A DNA stretch of 64,000 nucleotides from Schizosaccharomyces osmophilus (lineage: Eukaryota): assembly GCF_027921745.1 (NCBI RefSeq), contig NC_079239.1, positions 496,001 through 560,000 of the forward strand. The letters run 5' to 3'. The position numbers were made by a program, and so were the translations under genes. The notes beneath the pieces were generated by a model. It saw only the letters and a list, made by a program, of their open reading frames with translations. It was not told the origin of the DNA and ran no database searches. This document shows, in pieces, positions 1-10,718 of this stretch (the first letter of the stretch is position 1; the number at the start of each line of letters is the position of its first letter).

Positions 1-491
1 AGACCACGAGCCTCACGGTGCTTGTGAACAGCGTTGCAGATCCAGTTAATGCGAGGATCACGGCGGACGGCCTTGTGAGAGGGGTCGACGCAGATAACTT
101 CGTAGAACTTGTAGGTAGCGTCTTGGTTAACCCAGTAAGAGTTGAGGACACGCAAGTTAGCGCAACGACGGCCGACACGCTCTTCAGCAGTGCAGCGGAG
201 AGAGCGTTGGTACTTGAGGTGGTTAACACCCTGGTGGACGGGCTTACCGTAGACTTGACCCTTAGGAATAGGGCGCTTACGGCCACCGCGACGAACACGG
301 ATGCGGTAGACAACGTAGCCTTGCTTGGCCTTGTAGCCCAAACGACGAGCCTTGTCAGGACGAGAAGGGCGGCTAGCGCGGTGAACAACGTTCATTTGAC
401 GGTATTCCCAAGCGCGAACACGAGACAAGAACAAGTTCACATCAGACTGCTTCTTCTTAGAAAGCTCTTCCAAATACTTGTAAGCACCCAT
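1..491 (-). CDS. rpl15: 60S ribosomal protein L15 (eL15), 3' end outside the window
   Basis: Minus strand from ATG at 491 reads [32 protein letters not shown]...[16 protein letters not shown], the eL15 N-terminus. Not in the ORF track; the 18..578 + ORF is its antisense shadow. Confidence 0.97.
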   Translation of the reverse strand, partial: MGAYKYLEELSKKKQSDVNLFLSRVRAWEYRQMNVVHRASRPSRPDKARRLGYKAKQGYVVYRIRVRRGGRKRPIPKGQVYGKPVHQGVNHLKYQRSLRCTAEERVGRRCANLRVLNSYWVNQDATYKFYEVICVDPSHKAVRRDPRINWICNAVHKHREARG

Positions 492-573
492 TGTTGTTTT
501 TTTGGCTTCCTACGAAATGAGCAAGATGGAAGTTTGTTGTCACTAAGAAAAGTTTCGACCTGCACTACCCACT

Positions 574-581
574 CGTGACTG
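574..581 (-). promoter_or_regulatory. Homol D box (CAGTCACG) of the rpl15 promoter
   Basis: Variant of the fission-yeast ribosomal-protein core promoter element CAGTCACA, ~83 nt upstream of the rpl15 ATG. Confidence 0.8.
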
Positions 582-1115
582 TTTTTTACCATTTTTTCTT
601 CCACCCAGAGAAACGTTCCCTTTACCAAATGATGTACATAGAGCGAAATGAATAAATTAATTGCTTTTATAATAAATCGTAAACACTCAAGATCTACGGT
701 TTTGAACTATTTCTGAACTAGTCATGATCAGAACAATAACAAATAATAAACGCTTCTTAAAGAACTTTATAAAACATACATTTTCAAACTTAAATACCAA
801 ATATTGCTGTCCTATTGACCACCCAAACCTAGGATTATGTACATATTAAAAGTCAAGACTTACAAAACCATAATGACAACCAAAAAAAAATAATAAACAA
901 AAGTCAACGAACAAATAGAGTTATTGATGCATCGGAATGTTTTGAAATCCGAACATAAAGAAGGTATAAGTACTTAGTAATTTTTCACCGTATCCGTTTA
1001 ATATGTGCAGTTTTCTTAAAAAAGGACAACCGATCGCCAAAACCGGAGCGTCCCATTCTTTAAAATAGCAAAATGGGGATTAACACGCTGATACTACTGA
1101 AAGTAAAACAAATTT

Positions 1116-4100
1116 TTAACCAGCAAAAGAGACATTCCACCCAGGGTTTCCGGTAGCGTATGCTACCAGACTATCAATAGTTGATTCTTGATAGTTTCGT
1201 AAATCATCCGATGGCCAAAGACCATTCCACTGATTCCAATCAGCATTCTTCGGTAATCCAAAGTGAGACATCAAATCCGAAGAATAAGTTTCTTGAACGT
1301 TATGATTGGCAACCATTGGAGACTCAGCTATATACATAAAATGCTTCTCCAAATCTAACATTTTTTCTTCATCAATAGGCTCATTTGCAACAGTGTCATT
1401 AGCAGTAGAACCAGAGGATGTACGTTGTACCCAGTCAGCCCAAATTTCAGACATTCTTTCGCACAAAGCTCCGATAGAGCCCCAATAATTTTTCATTTCC
1501 AACATTAATCTCAAATCAATTTCCAAATTATGCCTAGCCGTAGATGCCGCCAATACATTCAAACCGAAAGCAGCTTCAGTTTGAATACAAAAAGCTGTAT
1601 AAACACCTGAAGCAATAAAAGGGGAAGTCAAAATTACATTGTGTTTCCTACAATCATCAACAATCATTGATATTGCATTAGCACACCGTAAACACATTTC
1701 GCGTGCAGCTTTATGTAAACGCCTTGCTGCACTATTGACATGGCTTTCTGGCTTTTGTTCAGCTTGAAATTCACTATTATGAGACTCATGAGGATTGTGC
1801 CACACTGGCGAGAAAAAAATAGTATTTCCTGTCAAAGATACCGTGCTTGATGTTCTCGACAACTGATTGTTTTCGGACTCGCCAATGGAACGGAAAAGCC
1901 ACATCAACGTGTAGTGATAAGCTAAATGAAGAAATGCATACTGAGCACCTTGTTGTATAGATAGATGATTTTCCAATCCTACCACAGAGTACCTCAATCT
2001 TTGAGGAAGTCCATCAGCCCATTTATAAAGAGCCTCACTTATTTGAGTGAAATCGGAATTTCTATGCCAGTATGGATGAGGATCCCTTCGTCGACCATCG
2101 TGCTTGAAATACTTGACAGCTCTTCCCCAGATTGCTATAATCTTGACAATGTAAGCAGCTACACCCATGTTTTCCGTAGTATCCGAAGGAATTACAATAC
2201 TCGGTACACCTTCCAAAATTCTTCCATCCAGAGTCTGAGTAACTCCAGCAATTTGTTTGGTAAATAACAACTCGTGTACAGGAAGTTGTATCCCAATGTC
2301 GTTTTCATCCAAAAACTGCAAATGCTCATGAGAAGAAATACATCTGTCCATCAAAAAGCATGACCAAAAGGTACGACGTCTAAGTTCACGCTCAAGAAAG
2401 GAGATCCGAGGACCAGAGTCAATATTATCAAGATCCAGTGGATTGCTTCCTTGCTCACAATTAAGTTGCAATGCAGCGGCCATGCGAAGGGCCATGCCAC
2501 CGTACATCCAACTTTTGCCGTTCTCCCCCGTCCCAGAATCATGCAAAGACAACAACAGGAGGGCTGCAACCAGTGACAGATCAGGTCTATCAAAATTGTC
2601 TAACGCTAGTCGACGAGCCTCTCTAGCAAATTGTTCACCGGCCATATAGGGAGGAGAATACTGATCATGCATACGTGAGGAGAAGCGCGCGGAAACGGCG
2701 CAAATAGCATAAACAAGTACCAAAGGAATTGTATTATTATTTAGAGATTCAAAAAAAGTGGGTCGGTGAAATAAATTATAAGCTTGACCATGACAACAAT
2801 GAAAGAATACCTCAGCCAAGTGGATTCGTAATTCCAAAGGTGGCAGTTCCGTCACTGGAGTGGATGGCATGGTGAGACTAGCCAGAGGATCAGGCAATTT
2901 ACCGTCAATGAGAGCCGCTTCTCGTTCGCTTTCATCTTTTTCATTAGAGGACTTTGTATTGAGAGTGTAATTGCTTATTGCAACAGGTTGCGTCATGTTG
3001 GACACATCTGAATACGTTGAGGATGGAAATGAGTTGCCTGCTTTGTTGTCAAAAAAGGGAAACTGAGGTTTTGGAGAATATCCGCCATAACTAGAGTAGA
3101 GAGGATACTCACCAGCGGAAAGCGACGGAATTGTATTTACAGGAAACAATGAATTGTCGGTGGCAGTAGGATGAGAAGGAACATACGGTAAAGGATCTGG
3201 AGGAGGAATAGATGTAGCCGCAGGCGTAACAGGGATTCTTGTTGGTTGCTGCGATTGGTATTGGACTGCGGGACTAAGGGGAACTGGAGCGGCAACAGAA
3301 ACAGGAGTTGAGTTGGAGGTGTTTGTAGGAGCAATAGGTAAAACGGAACTGACGTCTGAAGGCATGTTGCCAGAAAAACTCTGGCTTTTTGGAACAGAAG
3401 GATTCGTAGCGGAAGGGACATACATAACTTCAGAAGGGTAAACATTATTACTAGAGATGGGATTGGAAGTTGATTCGGGTGAAGCCGAATTTGAATCATT
3501 TTGGTCGAGAACAAGATTCTTAGAAAGTGAAGCAGACATCATTGACACTTGTGGATTACTAACGGGTACCCGAGAATTCAACATGTACGGATATGTAGCA
3601 GGAGAATTCAAAGACGGAGAACTTCGTTGTTTCGGTATATTCATATTTATAGACGAAGACGACGAAGAAGGGGCCGAGTCACGAGGACTACCGATTTGAG
3701 TTAACGGAGTTTGTTCGGATAACGACTCTTGCGAGTGAGAGCCAGAGGCATTTGCTGTAGCAGCAGCAGCGGCACGGTTTTGCTGCTGCTGAAGATACCA
3801 CTGTTGATGATGGTGAATCTCTTCATGTCTTGAATGGGATCGTCGTGGATTCGACTTGTAAATGCAAGATGTATTATGTTTTAAGCATTGATCACATGAT
3901 GGACGTTCTCCTGAACATTTAATTTTCTTTTTTCTACATGACTGGCAAGCAAGAGGTAATCGTTTTCGTTCTTTTCCTGCTTTTGTTTTTTCATGAATCC
4001 AACTGGGAAGGGAAGGTGAATTCGGTTTCGAGTCATCCGTATTTGTTTCCACGCCTCTCTGTCCATCTTGCTGGTTCGTCATATTTACTCTCGTCTGCGT

Positions 4101-4139
4101 TGCATTCGGAAGTATCGGTGCAGGACTCGATTGTTGCAT
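1116..4139 (-). CDS. Zn(II)2Cys6 binuclear-cluster transcription factor with fungal TF middle-homology domain (likely SPAC1327.01c ortholog)
   Basis: ACQSCRKKKIKCSGERPSCDQCLKHNTSC Zn2C6 motif; ERELRRRTFWSCFLMDR fungal_trans motif. First in-frame ATG at 4139 (alternative 4082). Confidence 0.93.
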   Translation of the reverse strand: MQQSSPAPILPNATQTRVNMTNQQDGQRGVETNTDDSKPNSPSLPSWIHEKTKAGKERKRLPLACQSCRKKKIKCSGERPSCDQCLKHNTSCIYKSNPRRSHSRHEEIHHHQQWYLQQQQNRAAAAATANASGSHSQESLSEQTPLTQIGSPRDSAPSSSSSSINMNIPKQRSSPSLNSPATYPYMLNSRVPVSNPQVSMMSASLSKNLVLDQNDSNSASPESTSNPISSNNVYPSEVMYVPSATNPSVPKSQSFSGNMPSDVSSVLPIAPTNTSNSTPVSVAAPVPLSPAVQYQSQQPTRIPVTPAATSIPPPDPLPYVPSHPTATDNSLFPVNTIPSLSAGEYPLYSSYGGYSPKPQFPFFDNKAGNSFPSSTYSDVSNMTQPVAISNYTLNTKSSNEKDESEREAALIDGKLPDPLASLTMPSTPVTELPPLELRIHLAEVFFHCCHGQAYNLFHRPTFFESLNNNTIPLVLVYAICAVSARFSSRMHDQYSPPYMAGEQFAREARRLALDNFDRPDLSLVAALLLLSLHDSGTGENGKSWMYGGMALRMAAALQLNCEQGSNPLDLDNIDSGPRISFLERELRRRTFWSCFLMDRCISSHEHLQFLDENDIGIQLPVHELLFTKQIAGVTQTLDGRILEGVPSIVIPSDTTENMGVAAYIVKIIAIWGRAVKYFKHDGRRRDPHPYWHRNSDFTQISEALYKWADGLPQRLRYSVVGLENHLSIQQGAQYAFLHLAYHYTLMWLFRSIGESENNQLSRTSSTVSLTGNTIFFSPVWHNPHESHNSEFQAEQKPESHVNSAARRLHKAAREMCLRCANAISMIVDDCRKHNVILTSPFIASGVYTAFCIQTEAAFGLNVLAASTARHNLEIDLRLMLEMKNYWGSIGALCERMSEIWADWVQRTSSGSTANDTVANEPIDEEKMLDLEKHFMYIAESPMVANHNVQETYSSDLMSHFGLPKNADWNQWNGLWPSDDLRNYQESTIDSLVAYATGNPGWNVSFAG

Positions 4140-4888
4140 CCTAAATCGGCATCCAGCGAGATCAAGCCTTTCAATTCTATCCAATCTAGTCCCCAATCTT
4201 GTAATTCAACTACGTTTTCAATCCTGAGTTATATCCAATATCTCTAGTGGCGTGCAAAGGACAACTTCAGTGTCTCATCAATGTAAGGGAAGCAGTAGAA
4301 TACGGTGCAGCGTCCTTCTTCATCGCTAAAAAGTTATTAACAGACAACAACGATGGAAAAAGCATATGTGAACATTGTTTTTAAATATTTTAGAGTGCTT
4401 CTTTTTCGTTTTGTGAAGATTGTTAGAAATTTGTCTTTCTTTTAACAGATGTCCTTGGTGGAGGTCTCAAAACGAAATTTGTATGGTCGAGAACGGGCAC
4501 ATTTGTAAACGAAGAACTTGCCCAAATTGTCAGCATCCTTTTTCTACCTGAAGCATTTTTATTTTTGTATTCAATCCAAATATTTGTTTAAATTTGTAAA
4601 AGGTTTCTAATAATCAATTCTCTTGACGATTCCTTTCGTACTCTCGCTTTTTAGAACCTAGTTGTGTTCGCATTTTATGCAAAAATAGACAGCTCTTTAG
4701 AAGTCCACACATTTTGCAATACGTAAAGAAATGAAATTATATATTTTTTTGTTTTAGATTTTATTCTACATCAATTATATTCATATTCATATTTGGAAAA
4801 AAAAGGAAAGATAATAAATCCAGAGAATCATACTTAAAACTCATGTATCTTTAGCGTATGGATCTGGTACATTAAAAACATCGCTCTT

Positions 4889-5671
4889 TTAGGCATTCAA
4901 AGAACCATCCATGATTCGTCGTAAACTCATACAAATAGATTGACGCGCTTGTTCACTGTTTACCTTGTTTCCAACAAGGTACGATTGAAGAAACAGATTG
5001 GAAAGTTTCAGCCCTTCATCCTGCATGCTGCCAATCTCACGATCTTCGTGTTCAAATAGCAATTTTTCTTTATCCGTCAAGGTGATGGAGAGATTGGTGG
5101 ATCGAAGACAAGTTCCGGTTCCAGGGAATGTGTTTCGGAAGCTTTGAATCATACGCTCTTCACGTTCGTCATTGTGATTTTGGCGCAAAAGCATCGCTTT
5201 TGTAAATCCACCCTTTAAATGCTTAAAGTTGGTATTTCGTGCAGGCAAAATTCGAACTGCATATTGGATTTTCCGTTTTAAGAGTTCTTCAATGATACGG
5301 CTTCCGAGTTGAGCTTCCTTCAAGCTCATTTCCACTCCCATATTGTGGTCCACATGCTCATTCAGGACTTTCTGAATGGAACGAAAATCTTGTTTCCGAA
5401 CATAAAGCTCAACATCATAAACGTAAATCCCCAAAAATGAAACATACCTTGGTCCCGATCCAAGTAAAAACATGCTTTTACGGCTGTCATCCTTTGTTAA
5501 ATTGTATTCATCAGCAAGAGTTGCCAATTTTTCCACAAAGCTTTCACATTGTACTTTTTGAGTTTTCATTGCTGTTCCAACCGCAGCAATAGAAGTCAAG
5601 GCCATAACCGCTGGCCGCTTCCAAATCCAGTTTTGACAAAATTTAAACGAAAATGCATAAGGTCCAAACAT
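4889..5671 (-). CDS. Mitochondrial chalcone-isomerase-fold protein (Aim18/Aim46-like; likely SPAC18G6.01c ortholog)
   Basis: LLGSGPRYVSFLGIYVYDVELY and RNTNFKHLKGGF motifs of the Aim18 family; basic N-terminus. First ATG at 5671. Confidence 0.85.
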   Translation of the reverse strand: MFGPYAFSFKFCQNWIWKRPAVMALTSIAAVGTAMKTQKVQCESFVEKLATLADEYNLTKDDSRKSMFLLGSGPRYVSFLGIYVYDVELYVRKQDFRSIQKVLNEHVDHNMGVEMSLKEAQLGSRIIEELLKRKIQYAVRILPARNTNFKHLKGGFTKAMLLRQNHNDEREERMIQSFRNTFPGTGTCLRSTNLSITLTDKEKLLFEHEDREIGSMQDEGLKLSNLFLQSYLVGNKVNSEQARQSICMSLRRIMDGSLNA

Positions 5672-5959
5672 TATGAAAGAATAACTACTAAATTCCCCGA
5701 TGGTTTGAGGTTCTAATTGGTTGGTCACTGCAGGGAACTAAAAGTAGATGATTTAGTCTCTACAGGTATGCCAGCTCTTTATAATTATATTCAAGTGGAC
5801 TGGATACTCATTACGTTTATTGTATCATCATATAGAAATACATGTTTTATTCAGATAAAACCAAAATAAACTAAAAAAAAAATAAAAAAAAAATTGAGAA
5901 ACAAGGAAGGAAAAAGATATTCATCAAACCGCTACACGGTCATGTACTCAATACCATCT

Positions 5960-6556
5960 CATATCGTTTCAGATGGCCCGATTTGTAAAGCTTCTAGGTT
6001 AAGATTAGCAAAACTTCTAAATAGTTGCTTGTTCGGCAAACGAACAATGGACAAATAGCATCGAAGAGTTTCCTCATGAGCCTTTTAAAGGGGTTTCTTC
6101 TGTCTCCTAACGGTCCATAGCTTTGACAAAGATTCAGTTAGATACTGTCAATTCAATGAATCGTTCTTCGATATTATATTTTCATAGTTAAATTCATAAA
6201 TTCAGTGCATTAGTATCCATGTCATAGCAAGCATTGCTATTTTCTTACGTCCATGACCTTTTCCTTTTCACACTCATGTTGCCATTTCTAGACACAGCGA
6301 CTTTTTCTCTGACAAGAGTCATCAATGTATTCGCACCAATAGCTAGTTGTTACTGAAGGAAACAGTTGGTTAGTCTTTTGGTAAATGATTGCATAGGAAA
6401 TAAAAAACCAACCAAGACTGCGGGAAAGTCAACGTAAAGGCAGTAGCTCCTTTATATATAGCTATAGTCATCATAAAAAAACTTTCGTATAAATTTTGTT
6501 TTCAATGAGAAGCAATATAATTCATTCTCTGTATTTTCAGGTTTTTGCCAATGTAA
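5960..6556 (-). pseudogene. Putative decayed remnant of the chp1 3' (SPOC-domain) coding region
   Basis: Frameshifted, stop-riddled peptides KGKGHG, DTNALNL and ESLSKLWTVRRQKKPL occur in the same order as recalled S. pombe Chp1 RGNGAG, DNNALMNL and ESILVEWSAKNLRPKKPY. Confidence 0.45.
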
Positions 6557-7810
6557 TTATTCAGCAAGCGCATCTGTTTTAGGCATCTCTTGCCATACAT
6601 TATTGACAGTGGTCCACCTACTACCCGGAACTTTCAGGTCGTTCTTTGGCTTTCTAGGAGACGTACTCTTACTTTTCTGTAATTTGAAATTCGACTTCGA
6701 GCTTTCTTTAGACAGTCTTTTAGATGAGGATGCTTTGAAGTATTTTCTATTCTCCAAGGGATCTGATAGTGTACCGTAGACATCGTCCTTTGCCAGAGCA
6801 ATACGCCAAATTGGATGTCCTTTTCCATAAGCGATTTGAGCACAATCAGCTGAATCGAATTTGACATAAGCTACATCACTAGCTGAACTATGGCCTCTAT
6901 AAACCCGTACATCCAGCTTTGATGGGATAAAAGCAAAATACGAAACTATGTCTTTCTCAGCAGTACTTTTCGTAATATCGCTGATAATAATTGTATGCGA
7001 AGTCACAGAAGGATCCGCTTTCTTCATGCTTGATATCGAGGTGAACGTTGGTTTTTGTTCCAAAGAGTTAGGCCATAAGTAATCATTAACAGAAGCATTA
7101 AATGTATTTGCTCCTACGGATTTTTCATAAATGGTTCCTATAGAAGAAGTCAGAGTCGGAGATCCTATTGAGAAATCCCCAGAGTAAGGGTTATCGCCAT
7201 TGACTTCAGGAATCTTTATACAGGAAATTGAAGGAGAATCCGACAGGGATTCACTTTGACAAAATGAAGGGGTATCATCTCGATCAGCACATTTTTGTTT
7301 CTTTTCAGTGGATGACCAAATTGTAACTTGCTCATTACCTGACTCCGTACCAGATACTTGAGGACAGCATCTGCGTTTCGTAACCCTCTTTTGTGATACT
7401 GCTGTTTGAGGAGACTTCGGGCTCGTTTTGGATTTTGTTTTAGATTTTGCAGCAGGTTGCGTAAGAGGTTCATTAGCGTTCGAGTTAAAATCTGGGGAAT
7501 ATACTCCTCCCTTTTTCCTTTGTTCCCACTCTTTTTGTTGAATTTCTTCAAAGGTATAAGGTTGTAATAGGCCAGCTGCTATAAGGCCTTTTTTCTTTTG
7601 CCAGTCTTTTAGAGCCATAGAGGCACCAGTGAGATTTTCCTCTGGCTCCCAAGTATTATCGCGTGAATCGTAACCAACCCATTTAATGTAGTACTCATTT
7701 TTACCAGATATATTAACGCGATCTGCGAGAATGCGCTCAACTTCATACACGTCTAGCTGTACATTCCTTTTGCTTTTAGGACGCTTTGTGGATTTTTTGG
7801 AATTAGCCAT
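6557..7810 (-). CDS. chp1: Chromodomain + RRM protein Chp1 (RITS subunit), C-terminally truncated, 417 aa
   Basis: Chromodomain [13 protein letters not shown]...[23 protein letters not shown]-like HTIII...DIVSYFAFI...AYVKFDS...[18 protein letters not shown] near the end. ATG at 7810; syntenic with ypt3. Confidence 0.92.
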   Translation of the reverse strand: MANSKKSTKRPKSKRNVQLDVYEVERILADRVNISGKNEYYIKWVGYDSRDNTWEPEENLTGASMALKDWQKKKGLIAAGLLQPYTFEEIQQKEWEQRKKGGVYSPDFNSNANEPLTQPAAKSKTKSKTSPKSPQTAVSQKRVTKRRCCPQVSGTESGNEQVTIWSSTEKKQKCADRDDTPSFCQSESLSDSPSISCIKIPEVNGDNPYSGDFSIGSPTLTSSIGTIYEKSVGANTFNASVNDYLWPNSLEQKPTFTSISSMKKADPSVTSHTIIISDITKSTAEKDIVSYFAFIPSKLDVRVYRGHSSASDVAYVKFDSADCAQIAYGKGHPIWRIALAKDDVYGTLSDPLENRKYFKASSSKRLSKESSKSNFKLQKSKSTSPRKPKNDLKVPGSRWTTVNNVWQEMPKTDALAE

Positions 7811-9384
7811 AGAAATAGAAAAGATGTAATAATCCTGATTAAAAATATTAAGTGATATAAAATAAATACGGAGACAAAAACGTTTGAATGAATTCAATGA
7901 TTATTCGTAAGGCATCCGGGATAAATGAGTGCAAATTTATTTTCAATAGAAACAAACTTGCTTTTATAAACGCGTCTTCATCGGCCTAATCCGATAGCTA
8001 GGGATTTTGTTAAGGATCTATGTCTTGGCACCAGGATTCGCTGAATGGGGTACCTAAAGAAAGCAGTGAGTGCTAAGGAGCACAAGGTAAAGTCGATATA
8101 TGATACTCATGAATACATGAGCGTTATTTGTTTCTTCTTTCGTAATAGAGAGAAATCTCTTTCAGGTCGGTGTTGTTGAAGGAATGAAAGTGACACAATG
8201 AATCGTATGTACTGATGCAGTAGTTCTTTTCAGTACCTTGGAATTGTCTTCTAAATATAGGAAACCCTTTTGAAATTACAATGACAAGACTTTTACTTCA
8301 GAAGAGTAGACTCATTTGATTCCATAGCTACCCTGGGACATCCATTTAGCTTTTGAACTGATCAAGAATACTGACTGTAAACAAGACTTGGTACCCGCCT
8401 TTTTTAAAATCATGATGCTGGGAGTTTATGAGTCATAGGAAAAAACCTTGTATGTGTGAAATTGGCAACTACTCGTCTTTTTTGTCTATCTGTTTGATAC
8501 AATCTTTTTGCACTATATGTAACTAATACCCTTTAAGGAAGTAGGCAGCAAAAGCACCGAGAGTACGTTGAGTTTCTTTTTTATTTATACTTCCTAACCA
8601 TAAGACTTTTGGCATAAACTTTTATCTTGAAATTCGGTTGCAAATGTTTGTTTTTCTGCATCTTATAGTTCATATTCTCTTTAATACGATGCCTTTTGTA
8701 TGATGGTTACCTGGTTGATGAATATCCTGTGTCAAAGGTAAAGCAAAACATGTAAAATGTATGTATTCCTCCACGTATGTAATCAAAAACTCTCAAACCA
8801 TTAAGCTCAAGTTAGAAACCCTTCGAAAATAAATTTGCAACGTGCTTTGAATGTATCAAAAAGTTGTTGAGCAAAAGTTTTGTTTTTATACAATCGAAAC
8901 AACAATCGCATCAAATTCATATTCCAGTTAGCTTTTATTCATATAAGCTTACATTTTACTTACAGTATAATTACAAAACCAACGATTTTTTTTTGTCTCC
9001 ATAGTACGCCTTGCCCATGAGAATTGTTTGTTTACTATGAGGATCTTCAAAAATAGTATAATACCCTATACTTCACTAAGTAACACTAACACACTATAAG
9101 GTATGCTTCACAAAAGTATTTAATGAGAACTAAAATCCTTTTTTAATTTTGGTTTTAAATTCGTTCCTATTCGCTATATGAACCAGCATAAAGGATTATT
9201 GTGGGTAACTGTCAATAATGGGTCCTTTAGGACTTGACTACAACAAACTACGATCTGCTAGAAACATTTACCGCTAATAAAGCGACGGAAACGAAGAGAA
9301 AAAAGGGTAGGTGAAGAAGAAAAGTTGAAGGGAAATTGGTTTGCTGACAATAGGAAAGTAGATACTGAGTGAAGAAAACGAACG

Positions 9385-10193
9385 ATGTGCCAAGAAGACG
9401 AATATGATTACTTGTTCAAAACTGTATTGATTGGTGACAGTGGAGTCGGTAAATCGAATCTTTTAATGCGTTTCACAAGAAATGAGTTTAATATCGAAAG
9501 CAAGAGTACCATTGGTGTGGAATTTGCTACTAGAAACATCGTATTAGACAACAAGAAAATCAAAGCCCAAATCTGGGATACAGCCGGTCAAGAACGCTAC
9601 CGTGCAATTACGTCTGCATATTATCGTGGTGCCGTTGGTGCTCTCATTGTTTATGATATTACCAAGCAATCATCCTTTGATAACGTTGGCCGCTGGCTAA
9701 AGGAATTGCGTGAGCATGCTGACAGCAACATTGTTATTATGCTTGTTGGAAACAAAACAGATTTGCTCCATTTGCGTGCTGTTTCCACTGAAGAGGCTCA
9801 AACCTTTGCGGGTATGTATTCATTCAATTTCCAATTAGCGTCGTCAGCCCCGACGAACCGAAACTAGTTGGGCTACCACTGTTTCATTGTTTTTCTTTTT
9901 TTCGTTTACTAATTTGTTAATAGCTGAAAACAATTTGTCATTTATAGAGACTTCCGCCATGGATGCCAGCAACGTAGAAGAAGCTTTTCAAACTGTCTTG
10001 ACTGGTATGGGAATGATTGTAATCTTTTTCTTATTCAATACTAACATTGATTTTAGAAATCTTCAGAATTGTTTCGAATAGATCTCTCGAAAGTGGTGAT
10101 GAAGGTGTTCATCCCATGGGTGGTCAAACTCTTAGTATCACTCCTACTATGAACGATACGAACAAGAAGAAATCTTCTTCTCAATGCTGTTAA
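9385..10193 (+). CDS. ypt3: Rab11/Ypt31-family GTPase Ypt3 (3 exons: 9385-9811, 9924-10004, 10057-10193)
   Basis: [19 protein letters not shown] and ETSA motifs. GTATGT..CTAAT..TAG and GTATGG..CTAAC..TAG introns restore the frame; C-terminal -CC prenylation signal. Confidence 0.96.
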
Positions 10194-10718
10194 GTTTTTT
10201 CCGGGACTCCTCGTTGCATCTAATTCGATTTGATTCCTTCTCTACCTACCTTCTTTCAAGGTTACTTTCACGTTTGCTCCTTATGATTTTTTAAGATGGT
10301 AAGTTGAGTACTCTTCCACTTTCATAGCACACCCTCTTATTCTATCCTCGTGTCACTTGCTTATGACAAAGAGGTTTATATAATTAGCCTAGTATGTTGA
10401 ATTACACGAATACCGAAGACTTATCATGAAAGGTACCCTCTCACCTTTTTATACAGCATTCCCTCATTCCTGGCTTCTACAGTTTATCCAGCATTAGTGT
10501 GATATAATTCATTTTGTTTAAAGAGAAAGCAATAATTTGCAGCAGAAAATCACTAACGAAACGCTCGTAAAGTAGGGATTCTTTGACGATTAGCTAAAGT
10601 TCAACTAAAAGTACTATACATCGCTAACAGAGTATAAAAACGAATATGAATTACTATATCATTATATTATTTATAATTCATCTGTTCAAAATACCAACTT
10701 CCACACAGTCTTACAATT

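Noticed and set aside
18..578. 186-aa plus-strand ORF
   Set aside because: Antisense shadow of codon-biased rpl15; GTG start and no motif.
6352..6474. Possible small spliced minus-strand gene (MMTIAIYK..., GTTGGT..CTAAC..CAG)
   Set aside because: Splicing gives a stop three codons later; the region is better explained as chp1 3' UTR or relic.
7811..9384. Long chp1-ypt3 divergent spacer
   Set aside because: No ORF of 60 aa or more beyond the chp1 upstream frame, and no LTR, box pair or convincing structure; only single MCB and forkhead matches.
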